Source: the human T2T-CHM13v2.0 reference genome, Homo sapiens
NCBI RefSeq assembly: GCF_009914755.1
Contig: NC_060926.1
DNA length: 64,000 nucleotides
Direction: 5' to 3' (one strand)
How positions within the stretch are numbered: position 1 is the first letter of the stretch; each line of letters opens with the position of its first letter. Position numbers and translations under genes: made by a program. This document shows positions 13,301-26,886 of the stretch, one piece after another. Below the pieces are notes generated by a model that saw nothing but the letters and a program-made list of their open reading frames with translations, had not been told where the DNA came from and searched no databases.

Positions 13301-13952
13301 TGGGGTTTTAAAATTTGTGCAATCTCTAAAAATTGGTAGAGGAAATCTATAATAAAGATATATGCATCTTAGGAACTCAACAGCTTTCCAAATTATTTGC
13401 CTGCAGTTTGAACATTAATTGCTCTTCTGTATGTACAGGTTTTGTGCTTAACAGCAGCTATCTCTTCTGTTAAGGTCCAATTTCTGTTGGCAGAGGGGCT
13501 CAGCTCAGTGAGTCACATCAATGCCTAATGGAATAGATAAGCTAGCTGAAGATACAAGGAGCTTTACAGAAGGCAATAAAGCTAATCTTTTCAGCTAAAA
13601 CAAATTCATTCTATTGGAAAGAATATGGGCAATCATAGATTCAGTGTAGATAATTAGCTTGATTGATTTAACTCAAGGCATAGGGAAGACTATCTTATTA
13701 AGTGTATTAATTTGAAACTGCTCTATGTAGCTAGCCTCTCAATCTACATTAAATCTAAGTTTTAGAATAAATAATGTTAGCTTTTGAAGAACACAGCTGC
13801 TTCAGTTAAACAAAGGTAGAGAAACAAGCAATTTCTCTAAACACGTAGCATAAAAAAATTTAGGTAACAACTCAAGGAATAGTGCTTTTTGCCTTTTCTA
13901 TCTAATAATCAGGTTTTAAAATAGTTACTTGGATTTATATGGAATGCTCCTA

Positions 13953-14352
<400 letters not shown>

Positions 14353-15479
14353 TTATATGCGCTTGTAATAATTGAAAGTTACTAAAGAAGTGGTTTCACA
14401 GATGTTGTTTTCATTAACTGCTCATTGGATAGGATAGTCAGTTAGAGCATAATCTCTGCAAGGCCATGTCTGTGGATCTGATTGATTGCCTCTGAATTAT
14501 GTGCTTTTGCTCCATTAATGACTACAGTCAGTCATTTTCAGGTTAGCTAGGCTACAGATGGTGGCATCATCATGCAAGTCACTCCTTTTTGAAGAAAAAA
14601 CAGTACTCACTTTTTAAATAAAGAACTTTGTAAAATTTGTCAGCATATTGCTTTCCCAATCAGCATTGGTCTGTCATCTTTGTAAAATTTTTATTTAGAT
14701 AAATCTATTAAACTAGAACCTGTAAAACATATCATTACATTCTAGAAATAAAGCAATCTTAGTTTCTATATCTCAGTTCTATATGGATCTATTAAACTAA
14801 AGGATATTAGATGTCAGAGATATCCATCTCCTTCTAATCCAACCCTCACATTTTCACAGAGTAAGAAACAGAAGTTCTCACATTACCTGCATCTTGCATA
14901 TAGGACATTAAATATCATCCTTCCATGGCTGAGCTGTGAAGTCAGAGTCTATACTTTGTCTTTAATGAATAATTAGTCACTTATCTGCAAGTATGTAATT
15001 TTGTATACCTTAGTCTTCTTTGTTTGCCTTACCTTTCATTTCATAACATGAAAATAAATGGTAATTTTATTTAGCAGTGTTTTCCATGCCAAAGTTTTTT
15101 TTACCACGTCAGGATTGAAATTTGAAGCTTCTAAACTTTTATTATATTTTCATGAAATAATTTAATGCAAATAGCATGTTATATTGATACACTATTAAAA
15201 TACATGTTATATTAATATACTACATTAAATTTGGAAAGGTATGTTGCATTTTATCATATTTTTTGTTTTCTCCTATAATTGACAGTTATTTTTTAAATAA
15301 TTCTAAAAATTAAGGTTTTAAAATAGAAGCTAGTTAGCTTTTTAATTTCTAAGGATAATATAAAGAATCAATTATGAAATATTATAGCATCAATCTTGGC
15401 ATCTTAAAAATAACATGGGGAGTTGTCTCCTATTACTTTGATAATTCCAGAAATACAAAGTTTTACCTTTCTTTACTTG

Positions 15480-16425
15480 ACCATTGAGTCAACAAATATT
15501 TATTGAGCACCTACTACACCATGCTATGTTCTACATACTGAAATATAACAACAAACAAAATAGACATAGATTTCTTAAATTCTTGCCATCATGGAATTTA
15601 CATTCTAGGAGGAAAGGTGAGCAAAAAAAAAAGTGATATAAGAAAAATATGTAAAAAAGTGCTAAGTATGGAGAAAAATAAAGATAAGAAAGAGGCTCAG
15701 GATATGTTAAGAGGAAATTGCATTTCTGATAAGATGGCTAGGAAAGTCCCGAGAAGGTGATATTTGAATAGAAGCTCCAAGGAAGTAAAGAAGTAAGCCA
15801 TTTGGATAACTAGGTAATGAGCCTTTCAGGCAAAGGGAACCACACATCCAAAGACCCTGAGGTAGAAGCAGGCCTAACATGTTCTAGGAACAGCAAGTAC
15901 ATCAGTGTGACTGATGCCACATACATCTTTGAGTATAGAAAGTTTATGCTATTATTACATTATTATTTTTAGTATTATTACATCTATTCAAATAACAGGA
16001 CTTTCATATTGCTAAACCAAAAATCTAAGTGTTGACTTTTCCTCTCACTTTCTCTCATCCCATATCCTAACCATCTGATTTTGTGCCCTGAATAGCTCTT
16101 AAATCTGGCCATTTCACTCAGTCTGCTCTGCACTACCTTAGCGCAGGATACATGATCTCTTGCTGATATTGTCGCAATTGTTATTAATTTTTGGTTTCCC
16201 TACATCTGTTGTTTGCTCTATCTGATGTACTCTCTATACTGTAACCAAACTTTCTCACCACATTTTTCATTAAATATTCCATTATATAATTAGTAATTTA
16301 ATGTCTATCTTGTTTCACTTACTAGACCATAAGGTCCATAAAGTCAGAGATGAGGTGCATTTTGTCCATAATGTCCCATACATAGTAGGTGCTCAATAAA
16401 TATGCAGTGAAAATTGAATGAATGT
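15480..16425. mobile_element. L2 fragments in both orientations
   Basis: caacaaatatttattgagcacctacta (L2 3' end antisense, ~15490) and catagtaggtgctcaataaatat...gaatgaatg (sense, ~16380-16425). Confidence 0.65.
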
Positions 16426-16538
16426 ATTATGCCATATTCATGGAGAGATGCATTCTTTTAGTGACACCGTTGAATGATTATGAATGTTTTATGTCATGAC
16501 AGTTATTATCCAAAGAAACTTTCCATGTTTGTCTAAAA

Positions 16539-16759
16539 CAAGCTTGTCCAACCCATGGCCCTTGGGGCCACATGTGGTGCAGGATGACTTTGAATGTGGC
16601 CCAACACAAATTCATAAACTTTTTAAAAACATTTTGAGATTTTTTGTGATTTTTTTTAGCTCATCAGCTATGATTAGTTTTAGTGTATTTTATGTGTGGC
16701 TCAAGACCATTCTTTTTCTTCCAATGTGGCCCAGGGAAGCCAAAAGATTGGACACCCTG
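16539..16759 (-). mobile_element. MER30 hAT-Charlie DNA transposon
   Basis: Terminal inverted repeats caagcttgtccaa...ttggacaccctg, MER30 internal sequence, and an 8-bp TSD gtctaaaa/atctaaaa. Confidence 0.88.
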
Positions 16760-17215
16760 ATCTAAAAGAATATTGAACTAGGATTTAAGAGCTGAGTTAG
16801 TGGTCCAGCTCTTCTATTAAAGTATTGCATTACCTTAGGTACTGATTTTTTTTTTGTCCTTATTTGTAGAATGGAAGCAACAAAATCATGCTTGTTTTTG
16901 TATATAGCACCATTTCATTTAAATAGACTCTTAAATCATTTTAAATTCTCACATGCATGGTACTACTTGGAGCATGATAGTAGTTATGCATTACAGTTCA
17001 TCAAAAAACATTCATTTAGGTATTCTAATAGATTCCATATATGTTTGTGCCACAAGGGCCAGCTGAAATTGAGTAAAAGAGCAGGTTTCTGAAATAGAAG
17101 AAAGGTGTCATAAGGGAAGAAGGAGACATAGAGAGGGAGGAAGAAGGGAATAAAATTAGTGAAATGTAGGGTGGAATCTTTTTAAATATATTCTTATAAA
17201 GTTTTAGGCATTATC

Positions 17216-17578
17216 TGTATTAGTCTGTTCTCACATTGCTATAAAGAGCTACCCAAGACTGGGAAATTTATGAAGAAAAGAGGTTTAATTGACTCACAGT
17301 TCCACAGGCTTAACAGGGCGCATGACTGAGAGGCCTGAGGAAACTTAAAATCATGGCAGAATAGGAACTTTCACTCTCTCTCCTGCCACCATGTGAAGAA
17401 GGTGCCTGCTTTAAGGGAAAGCAGTTCCACACACTTTTAAATCATCAGATCTCATGAGAACTCACCGTCTTGAGAACAGCAAGGGGGAAATCTGCCCCCA
17501 TGTTCCAATCTCCTCCCACCAGGTCCCTCCTCCAATTCAACCTGAGATTTGGGCAGGGACACAAATCCAAATCATATT
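17216..17578 (-). mobile_element. MST (MaLR) solo LTR
   Basis: tgtattagtctgttctcacattgctataaag...gagatttgggcagggacacaaatccaaatcatat matches the MSTA/B reverse complement. Contains an internal inversion. Confidence 0.85.
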
Positions 17579-20469
17579 GTTACCCTCGGATTATTTGTAG
17601 GCCCTTTAAATGCTAATTACATAGTTTACCTTCAATTTTATATTTAAGAAAATGGATTAATTCTGGAAGCAACTAATAAATTATAGTGAAACAGAATTTT
17701 CCCTCATTATATGAAATTATAATGGTTACCACTATGAAGGTCTACTGGGTGCTATTAACATGTAAGCATATTTATAACATATAAGATGAAGAGAGAAAGA
17801 TTGCAATGAATCTTTTTCTCATTCACATATTTATTCTTTCATCAAACATTTACTAAGATTGCTGGGCATTAAATGACAAAAGGGCAATGGGAGACAATGA
17901 GGCATGGTCTCTGCAATCTAGGCAAAAAGGAGGTTTTTTGTTTTTTGTTTTGTTTCTTGTCCTCCTCTAATGTCTTCCCCTTATTTAATTTTAAGTTTTT
18001 TTCCAAGCCATTTCTTCACATCTTCTTAGAGCTACAATAAGGGCTAAATAAGAGGACTCATAAAATACCCTACAAACTTGTAAAAATACTGTTGGTCAAC
18101 ACAGCATGAAGAAATTTATTACAAGGCTTTTGTTTGTTTTGTTTTGTTTTTTGATATCAAAGTCATCATTATATCAGAGTGAAAGCTACTTAAGATCAGG
18201 ACTCTGTCTTTATGCAATAGAATTTTGTAACTATAAATCAAATGTCTTTTGTGGAGTAATGAAAAGGTTTTGAGCTAGGTTGAGTAAATACTAATTTTTA
18301 AAAATTATGAGAAAATTACCACTTTGGGTTTGCAAAGTTGAGGCTTGTTGAGCCTTTTTATCTACTGTTCATTCACAAGCCAAACAAAGACACAGGAACT
18401 AATGAGGTTATTTTCAGATAACTGAGCAGACTATTTAACAATTACTTTCTTTGATGACTTCGTCCACTATTCCTTAGAATTTCTTAAAAATTTAAACAAG
18501 AAAAAATTTAATGTCAAAAAATTATAATATACAAATTTGAAAAAGTTCATTAGCTGTTCATTTTCATGAATCAAAATGACTGTTGTACTCATAATGTTTC
18601 TTCCAGCGCCCACTGAGAGACCATTTACAAATACGTAAAAATGGGTCCAGTGACTGAACTCATTAATGTCTATTCCACTAAAACGTTCTTTCCAAATTCT
18701 TCAGCATTATCTATTCACCCCGGGCTTTTCAGTGTGGTTCTACTTTCTGTGCCATGCGACTCAGCTTGCGTAGGAAAATTGGTCTCTCCAACTTTTCTTT
18801 TAGAGTTTTGTGGAATTGTGCATTTTGACATAAACTGTTATTTCTTCCTAAATGTGTATTTAAATATACATATTGTTTATATTGGATATAAAAAATTTTA
18901 AAGAAACTATTGTTCAATGTAGGCAGGGATGATTAAAATTCTGATTATAATGTCTGCATACATTTTAACCAGAGTGCAAAGTTTTTAACAGATGAATCTT
19001 TGAAGAACATCATGTGTGCCAGAGAACTTTCAATCTTCGGGAATATCTGATGTAGTCATAGTTTGTTTTACTATAGGATACTTGAGGATTTTATAGAGGC
19101 GAAATAGTTTTCCTTAAAATGAATATTATGAAATAAAAAATACTTTCGAAAGAGAGAGAAAGTATTTTCATAATGCAAGAACAAAGGAAGGCTTAATTTT
19201 ATGCCATCTTGAGAAATGAGGGAAACCCAAAGGAGAAACTTAATCCCCTGCAAGGTTAAAGGGAAGTCAGTTGAGTGCCACTGTTCACTCCCCCTTCTCA
19301 AAAGCATTCTTTCTGATACAACTCAGATGGAGGAAGAGAGAAACGGTGTTGCAACCTAGGTTCGTACCTAATGGATGCCTGAGGGGGTCTAGACAAATCC
19401 AAATTATTTGACTCCTAGTCACCCTCCACATCTCACCACGTTGAGCTGACGTGTGGGTCTTTTGTTAAAGAGAGCAGTGTTAGAGTCAATTTAAAAATAA
19501 ATCAAAATCTCATTGCTCAAGAAATTCAAGTTGACATTGGGATGAATGCCTCCAACTTACAAATTGTTTTACTAAAAATTGTACATTAAGAATGTATTTT
19601 CTTTCATTTTACGTTTCTTAGTAAGAGAGATGTTTTTTTCTTGTCTGCAGGCATATCCTGCATTTTCTGTTTCAATCCTTTCCTAGAGCAACCCTGTTTT
19701 AGGGGAACAGGTTAATTTATTGAAAGAAACAATTAAATATATGCAGAGAGAGAGAGCACCGTGGCAGATCACTTCAATTAAACCGTGGTGATAAAATCCA
19801 ACTAAAGTCACACAAGGAATATCCAGAAAGAAATTACAATATTCTTCTCTATCATAGTGGAAGAATAGAAAGAATTAGTAAAATTAAAATAAAGCAATTC
19901 TAATGAATTTTTTAATGTCATTAACCTATGCTTATACAACTCTTCATGCTATATGACCCTTATGTGAATGGAAAGCCAACTATTTGTGCAAATAAATCAC
20001 CAATGTTTGCATAAAATTCATGAGACTAAAATCCTTTTTTGCAAGCTCCCACTGGAGGTATTGATTGCACCAAACCTTAAAGAATAATCTGTTACAGACT
20101 CAAATTGGAATGAGAGCACCCTAGGGAGAGATAATAACATAAAACACAGGGATGAACTTTAAATGTAAACACAGGCCTTAAAGTATAGAATATAGCAGAG
20201 TCTGGCCAAAATGTAAAGTAACAGAGAAGTCTGAAGAATCAGAATTGCTGAGACCTCTGGCTGCCTCACTAAGAAGTTTTGATGTATTTAATAAGAAATA
20301 GGGTGCTTGGGGGAATTTTGAATAGGGGAGAGCTATAGGAAGATGATCTGGTTGATTAATATAATATTTTTCACTTCTACTATGAATTATGTAGAAAAAA
20401 AGATTGTCACACTCTTTCAAATTACACTACTTTGTATTAATAGTGCAAGTAAAAATTTTACTTGAAATA

Positions 20470-20853
<384 letters not shown>

Positions 20854-22044
20854 TCATGAGCACGGAAAATTAGCTTTTTCGTTAAATAGTAGTTATTTTT
20901 TTTCTAGACAATCTCTAAGATGTTAAAATAATTTTCTCTTGACATAGGTTTTTAGGAAAACAAATGTTTTTCTAAAACTGAAAATCCCTTCCCAAAGAAA
21001 TAAATATTTATTTAGATTTATCCATAGAACCCAGAGTTAAAACTATAACTCTTTGATTTTTTTTTTTTTAAACTGATCTGGAATATGGCCTTCTCCTTCA
21101 CAGCAGCCACAAATTTTTCTATTTTATGAAATGGCTTCTGAGGACTGCTGTTATTTGTGGAATGAACTCTAAGATGCTAATTATTTGTAATTGACCCTAG
21201 AGATCTTTGGTGTGAAGTAATTTGTAATTTTGCTACGGCATAAATATGAGTCACGCGGAATAGGCGAACATTCAGGTGCAAGTTGTCAAGCTAGAGTGTA
21301 ACTCTTCATGAGCACTAAGTGTCCACTATCCAAAGAGGTTTATGCTTCTTTCTACCCTACCATTAAGCGCGATGGAAAACAAAGGTCTAGAGAGGCCAGT
21401 TACATTTATTCTGTCATAATTCACCTCATTTTAGATGAAAAAATTATAATATAAAGCTATTGCATATGGAAATATGTAAAGAAAGTGCCACTAATGCATG
21501 TGAAAGGATAGGATTGCTTCATATTACAAGTTGAGCAGATATAGGTGGAGAAAGTCTACCTGCAAGAGAGGCAAGCAGGTTTTTTTGATAGAATATCTGT
21601 GATTTTCTAGAAAATCTGGGTAAAATCAACAGAAGTTAGCTTTTAAGTTGTAGGACTTTAAGATTCTAAATAATCTCTTAATAATGCTGGCAATGTGATC
21701 ATTTAGGATTGAATCATTTGTTTTGGAAATCATAAAAATGATCAAACAGTTGATTAAATGTTAATGTCAAACAGATTTATGCAACTGATTTTAGAATTTC
21801 CATTTTTGTAACAAGTGAATCAGATTTCATGTTTGGCTTGTGATCACTTGGCAATGAGTCACCAGATTGGTACTCTAATGATCTCTAAGTTAAATTTTTT
21901 AAACATAGTATGAAATCCTGTATATTCTCAAGGATTAGTAAAATAGCTCACATCATGTCTATGTCATTGCCAAAATAATTAGATACTTATTGAGAATCCT
22001 TTAAAGTATTATTATTAGAAACAGTAAGTCAAAATTATTTGCTT

Positions 22045-22134
22045 TCTCCCATCCGAGTACTAATCAAGCCCGACCCTGCTTAAATTCCAAGATTAGATGG
22101 GAATGGGCACATTTATGGTGATATGGCCATAAAT
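22045..22134 (-). pseudogene. 5S rRNA pseudogene, 3'-truncated (about nt 1-90 of 5S)
   Basis: tctcccatccgagtactaatcaagcccgaccctgctta...gatatggccat aligns with the reverse complement of 5S rRNA (TCTCCCATCCAAGTACTAACCAGGCCCGACCCTGCTTAGC...GTATGGCCGTAGAC). Flanked by near-identical aaaattatttgc/aaaatgatttgc repeats. Confidence 0.9.
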
Positions 22135-23707
22135 AAAATGATTTGCCTTTAGAAAATAATTTCTCTGTGAGGTTTTACATGTAATGGTCTTTGTTGGTTT
22201 AAAACTATCTCCGTCTTATGTGAAACATTTATAGTGCAACTACACTTATTGTTAGATACAGACTCTGTGAATATCTTCAAGCCTGTTTAAATTGCAACTT
22301 TTATTATGCCCTAAAAAGTAGCCCAATCATTCTGTCTTCTGAATTCAAATTTTGACAAGAGGCTCTCCCCGTGGGTTGCTGATGAGAGATATCAATGATA
22401 TTTCCCTGCAAGGGACAAGCTATCTTGTCAATGTTAGGCAGGCACTGTGAATTAAGCTTTGCCTAGTTAAAAATAGTCAGGATTCAATGTCTTTTTGAAT
22501 TATTTATTCTTTTTTGGAAATACCAAAAGATGTGGCAATATTCTTGCAGATGGCTGTGTATCTAAGGTAAATTTATTTAGAATTTTTTAATAAGAGGATA
22601 AAGTGTCCCCTAAAGCATTGAAAATGTTGTTTTTTTTTCTTTAGCTATTGCAGAGGTGGGGAAGAGAAGAGAGTAGAAGTAGCCAAAGTAAAACAAAATG
22701 AACAAATAACGACAATAACACAAATAAAGCTTTCTTTCCATGCTTATATTGCTTATGTGTCCTCCAAAAGATGCAAGGTTCAAAAGACATATGAAAGAAG
22801 TCATGAAAGTTGTAACATTTTACATTAAACCAGAGTAATGTCCTTCCAGATCTGGATCTGCTGTTGTCTTCAAGATGAATGTTTGACTTCCCAAAAATAG
22901 AAATAAAACACCTAACCTCAAATCTGCTGGCCTCAATCAAGGCCTGACCTATGTCTGTATGACCTAGTTACAAGTCAGCTAACCAATGGGCATGGGTTTT
23001 CTTTCCTCTAAAAATGGAAATAATGCTTCCATATGATCATCCATGGAAAATGGCTGCTCTTGAGCAATTGCCAGAAAGGGGCCTTCAGGATGTCGCTGAA
23101 CCACCTGCAAGGGAATTGTGAAACCCAAAGTTTCTTCGTTGACCCTCCTGGGAAACCGGGGGTTCTTACCCTAGATGAATGAGAACTCTGATGTAGAGCA
23201 TTCACCATGTGTGAGCCCCATTTGTGCTGTGTGGACCAACAGAACAGTCAAGTGTACGAGGTGATTAATAATTGTGATGGCTGACTCTGATGGGGCGAGG
23301 GAATGGCATATCGTCTAGGGTCCTGTGCTGAACAAGATTTAGTATTAACCACTATTGAACCTTACCTAGAGTGAGCCTGAGTCCCAGTGTTGCTGACAAC
23401 ATTGGTAGCCTCCCCATCACAGATGACTCAAGTTTTATTTTTCAATCCATATAACTGTTTCCAGATCATACCTAAGTACAGTGGGATTTCTTAGCCTCTC
23501 TCGCATTTGACCCTTGTGGGTGCAGAAGAATAGGGGCTCAGATTTACATGATAGAACAGTTCTTCAGTTCCAGTGTTAGATTTTCTCTTAAATAAATGTG
23601 TAGGTGGAAGGGAATCTAAAGCCTCTTTGATGCTACCCATTCTGGTTCCCTTTATCCAGCATCTTGATAGAAAAATGCACAGTGAAGTTACCTCCAATTC
23701 CTTTTAG

Positions 23708-23800
23708 GTTAGGATTTTAAACAAGAAGATCGATTTTAGCAAAGTTCAGTCCAGATGTGGTTCCAAGGATAACATCAAACATTCGGCTGGGGGCGGAAAT
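23708..23800 (+). CDS. MAP2: MAP2 alternative 93-nt exon encoding the extra microtubule-binding repeat of 4R/MAP2d ([31 protein letters not shown])
   Basis: TTTTAG acceptor, GTAAGT donor at 23801, 31 codons in phase 0/0. Paralogous to MAPT exon 10. Confidence 0.95.
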
Positions 23801-24696
23801 GTAAGTAGAAGCGCCTTTTAGAAAGCTGTCCTGATTGCGTGGAGCCACCTGCACAGCCAGCACCCTGCCTTCTTTCCCACCTCTTTCCAACACACTGCTC
23901 CTTTCTCACTGCTGTTCCACATGTCTCCCTGGTATGATAGCTTGTAGCCTTGCATTTTCAGTGATGGACTTCCCATCCTTCCCTGTAAGATCATCAGGGA
24001 ATTTCCTGCTTTGATTTGGGAAAGAAAACCTTGATGGGATGCACCATGGTTTTCTGGAGAATGGCAAAACCACTTCACTTGCCAACTTTGTTGCTGGCCT
24101 TCTTGTCTTCAATGTATTTTCTCACGTTGTTTCTACTCCACTACAAAAGTCAGCTGGGCACATATTTTTCTAGCTCCATTTAAATTACCCATGAGGCAAA
24201 GACTGATATACTTGTAAATGCCCAAAGTATGTAATGTCAATCTTCAGTGGTTCATTATTCATGAAAGTAAGGATATCATTTAGAATAATACAAAACTGGT
24301 GGAGCATGGTTCATTTATAATTCAAAGTGAAAGGATTCAAGTCCAGTGTACACTTTAGCTTGATGGGATTTTTTTTCCTGTCTCTTTCATTTAGTGTAAA
24401 TAATGTCCTGTGAGAGGAAGGGAAAGATGATTCCATGTTTTTTAAGTGTGATTGAGGCAGAATTGAAATGGTCAGACAATCTCAAGCTAAAGGAAGCATG
24501 GTTCTTTATAAAACAAGAATAGTTTTTCAAAGGTGATCAGGCTAACTGTATTCTACAGATCCTATCTCTTTAAACTTCAGTTTCTGATCATCCATGACTC
24601 AAGTAATTTACAGGGTGTCGAGTCTAGAATTTCACCTGTCTACTAACTCTTTGGCTACTTGCTTCCCAACTGGGCAGAAGTAGAATCAAGCAGTGA

Positions 24697-24720
24697 AGAG
24701 AGAGAGAGAGAGAGAGAGAG
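24697..24720. repeat. (AG)12 microsatellite
   Basis: Read directly from the sequence. Confidence 0.95.
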
Positions 24721-25124
24721 AAGCAAGTGCCTTCTACAAGCAGCTGTTGCCTGATAATCAAAGTAGCTTCACTGAGCATAAAACTGTCATTGTCATTGAA
24801 AGTTCATAGCAATGTTTGCTGGCCCCCTTCAGGTATGCTAGGCTAAGCCTCAGGGTTAAACTTTACATTTATGTGGTTGCCACTCTTCCTTATTCCCCAG
24901 ACTGTAAGTATACACCATGTGGTACTCTCATAAAAGGAGCCCCAGTCCTGGTAATTACCTTGAGGGTATCAGAGGATGGACCCAGCTATCCTTTACACAA
25001 GTGCTGCTGGACAAAACACCTAAGTGGAAAAGGATAAACTAGGATAATTAAAGATCTTAAAGTAAGTAGAGGAGCTTTATCTCCCAAAACAATAGTCTTA
25101 AATTTTCCTCTAGGAAAGAATCCC

Positions 25125-25232
25125 TTGTTTAAATATGCAGACATCCTGGCCCTGTCCTCATGATATCTGATTCAGTAATTCCCAAGTACTCTCGTGCAGA
25201 TGACAATGGACCAAACTTGGAGAAGCACTGCT
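25125..25232. mobile_element. MER5-like hAT fragment
   Basis: aaatatgcagacatcctggccct...tctgattcagta...ttggagaagcactg motifs. Confidence 0.5.
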
Positions 25233-25821
25233 TCAAATATTGGGAGAGGAAATATTTTCAGTAAACCACACAGAAGAAAAAAACCTGTTACTATCATTTT
25301 ATAATTTGGTATGAAAGAAAAATTTCATCTAGCTAAGATATGACAATGTAATAACAATTTAGGAAAGCACATTCAGAACTTCTTGTTGTATCTTAACGTT
25401 GGTCTTCTTGTAACTATGAGCAACATTGGTCACTTTTATGTAAAAATCACTTTATAAAGAATAATGCAGCTCTTCCCTTGGCTCTTTGCTTATGGAAAGG
25501 TTAAACAGTGTTGCTTAGTTCTCTGAGTGGAAGCTTGCCTTATTAATATGTTTCTATCCTCCTGTGTCATAATCTGCTTTCAACTAATAAAATCTTCTAT
25601 TCTAGGGTTTTCTTTCACTTGGGTTCTTCTTTCCAATCCAAACATGTGGGAGAATATATGGAAAATTATGTCTTCCTCTGTTTGTGTGTGTACTTCAATT
25701 TGGGTTTCTAGCTATGTTGTTGCATGTTGTGACTTTGGGTGTGTTTCTAGATCTTATGTATGAGCTTGGGTTTTTGTCCATGTTTGAACTATTTTAAGCA
25801 TGTTTTATGTGGTTCACATAG

Positions 25822-25903
25822 GTACAAATTGTTACCAAGAAAATAGACCTAAGCCATGTGACATCCAAATGTGGCTCTCTGAAGAACATCCGCCACAGGC
25901 CAG
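25822..25903 (+). CDS. MAP2: MAP2 exon encoding a microtubule-binding repeat (VQIVTKKIDLSHVTSKCGSLKNIRHRP)
   Basis: TAG acceptor (AG 25820-25821), CAG|GTAAAT donor at 25904, 82 nt. KCGS motif; equivalent to MAPT exon 11. Confidence 0.97.
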
Positions 25904-26590
25904 GTAAATAAATAATTTTTAGTAGTTTGAGAAATATTTAACTGGAATCAAGAAAGGGATGAGAAAATTTTTTGTTGTTGCAAAATACCTAATTGGAAGG
26001 ATGTTTTAAAATATGGGTACTTCACATTTTTATTAATAGAAACTAAAATTGAAAATTTCAAGGCATCTTCATTGGGGAAAAGTGAACCCAATTACAATGA
26101 AGAGGACACATTTTAATTAAAAATTAAAAGGTACATAAGACGCATTTATCTTTATGTACTCAACACGCTTATTGGAGCTCCTTTGAAATACGTAGTCTAT
26201 AAAATACATCAGATCATGTATTCATATATAATAACATTGGGGGTAGCATTTCCAAGGTTTTTTTTCCTAAAATTGGCTTTCTACATTATGTAAAATAAGG
26301 ATTGTGCTTTGCAAAGCTGAAGAAGTGTATTTATCTGGTGAATTTCTCAGATTCTTTATTAGGTCAGTAAACACCATGAATACCCAGCAGAATGCAATGT
26401 TTCCTCAACTTATTTGACCATGAACCCCTTTTGGTTTTTCAAAATATCTCATACGACTAGTGCCCTAAAGTAGAATTTATATTCATAGTTACTGGGAGAT
26501 TTTCTCCCTTTAAAGTGTGAATCTAACATTATGAGTCACTTTTTCTGAATATCATGTATTACATGTTTTTGTTAAATTCTACCTCCATAG

Positions 26591-26886
26591 AGTGGGCATG
26601 TTGGCTCATGCCTGTAATCTCAGCACTTTGGGAATCCAAGGCAGGAGGATTGCTTAAGGCCAGGAACTTGAGACAGACTCAGCAACATAGGGAAACCCCT
26701 GTCTCAATAAAAAATTAAAAAATAAAAATAAGCCGATATGGTGGTACATGCTTGTAGTCCTAGCTACTTTGGAGGCTGAGGCAAGAGGATCACTTAGTTT
26801 CAGGAGTTAGAGGCTGCAGCAAGCTATGATCACACCACTGCACTCCAGCCTAGGCAACAGAGCAAGACCTTGTCACAAAGAAAAAA
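26591..26886 (+). mobile_element. AluJ
   Basis: Diverged dimer (aggattgcttaaggccagga, gctatgatcacaccactg). TSD tctacctccataga/tctgcctccataga. Confidence 0.9.
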
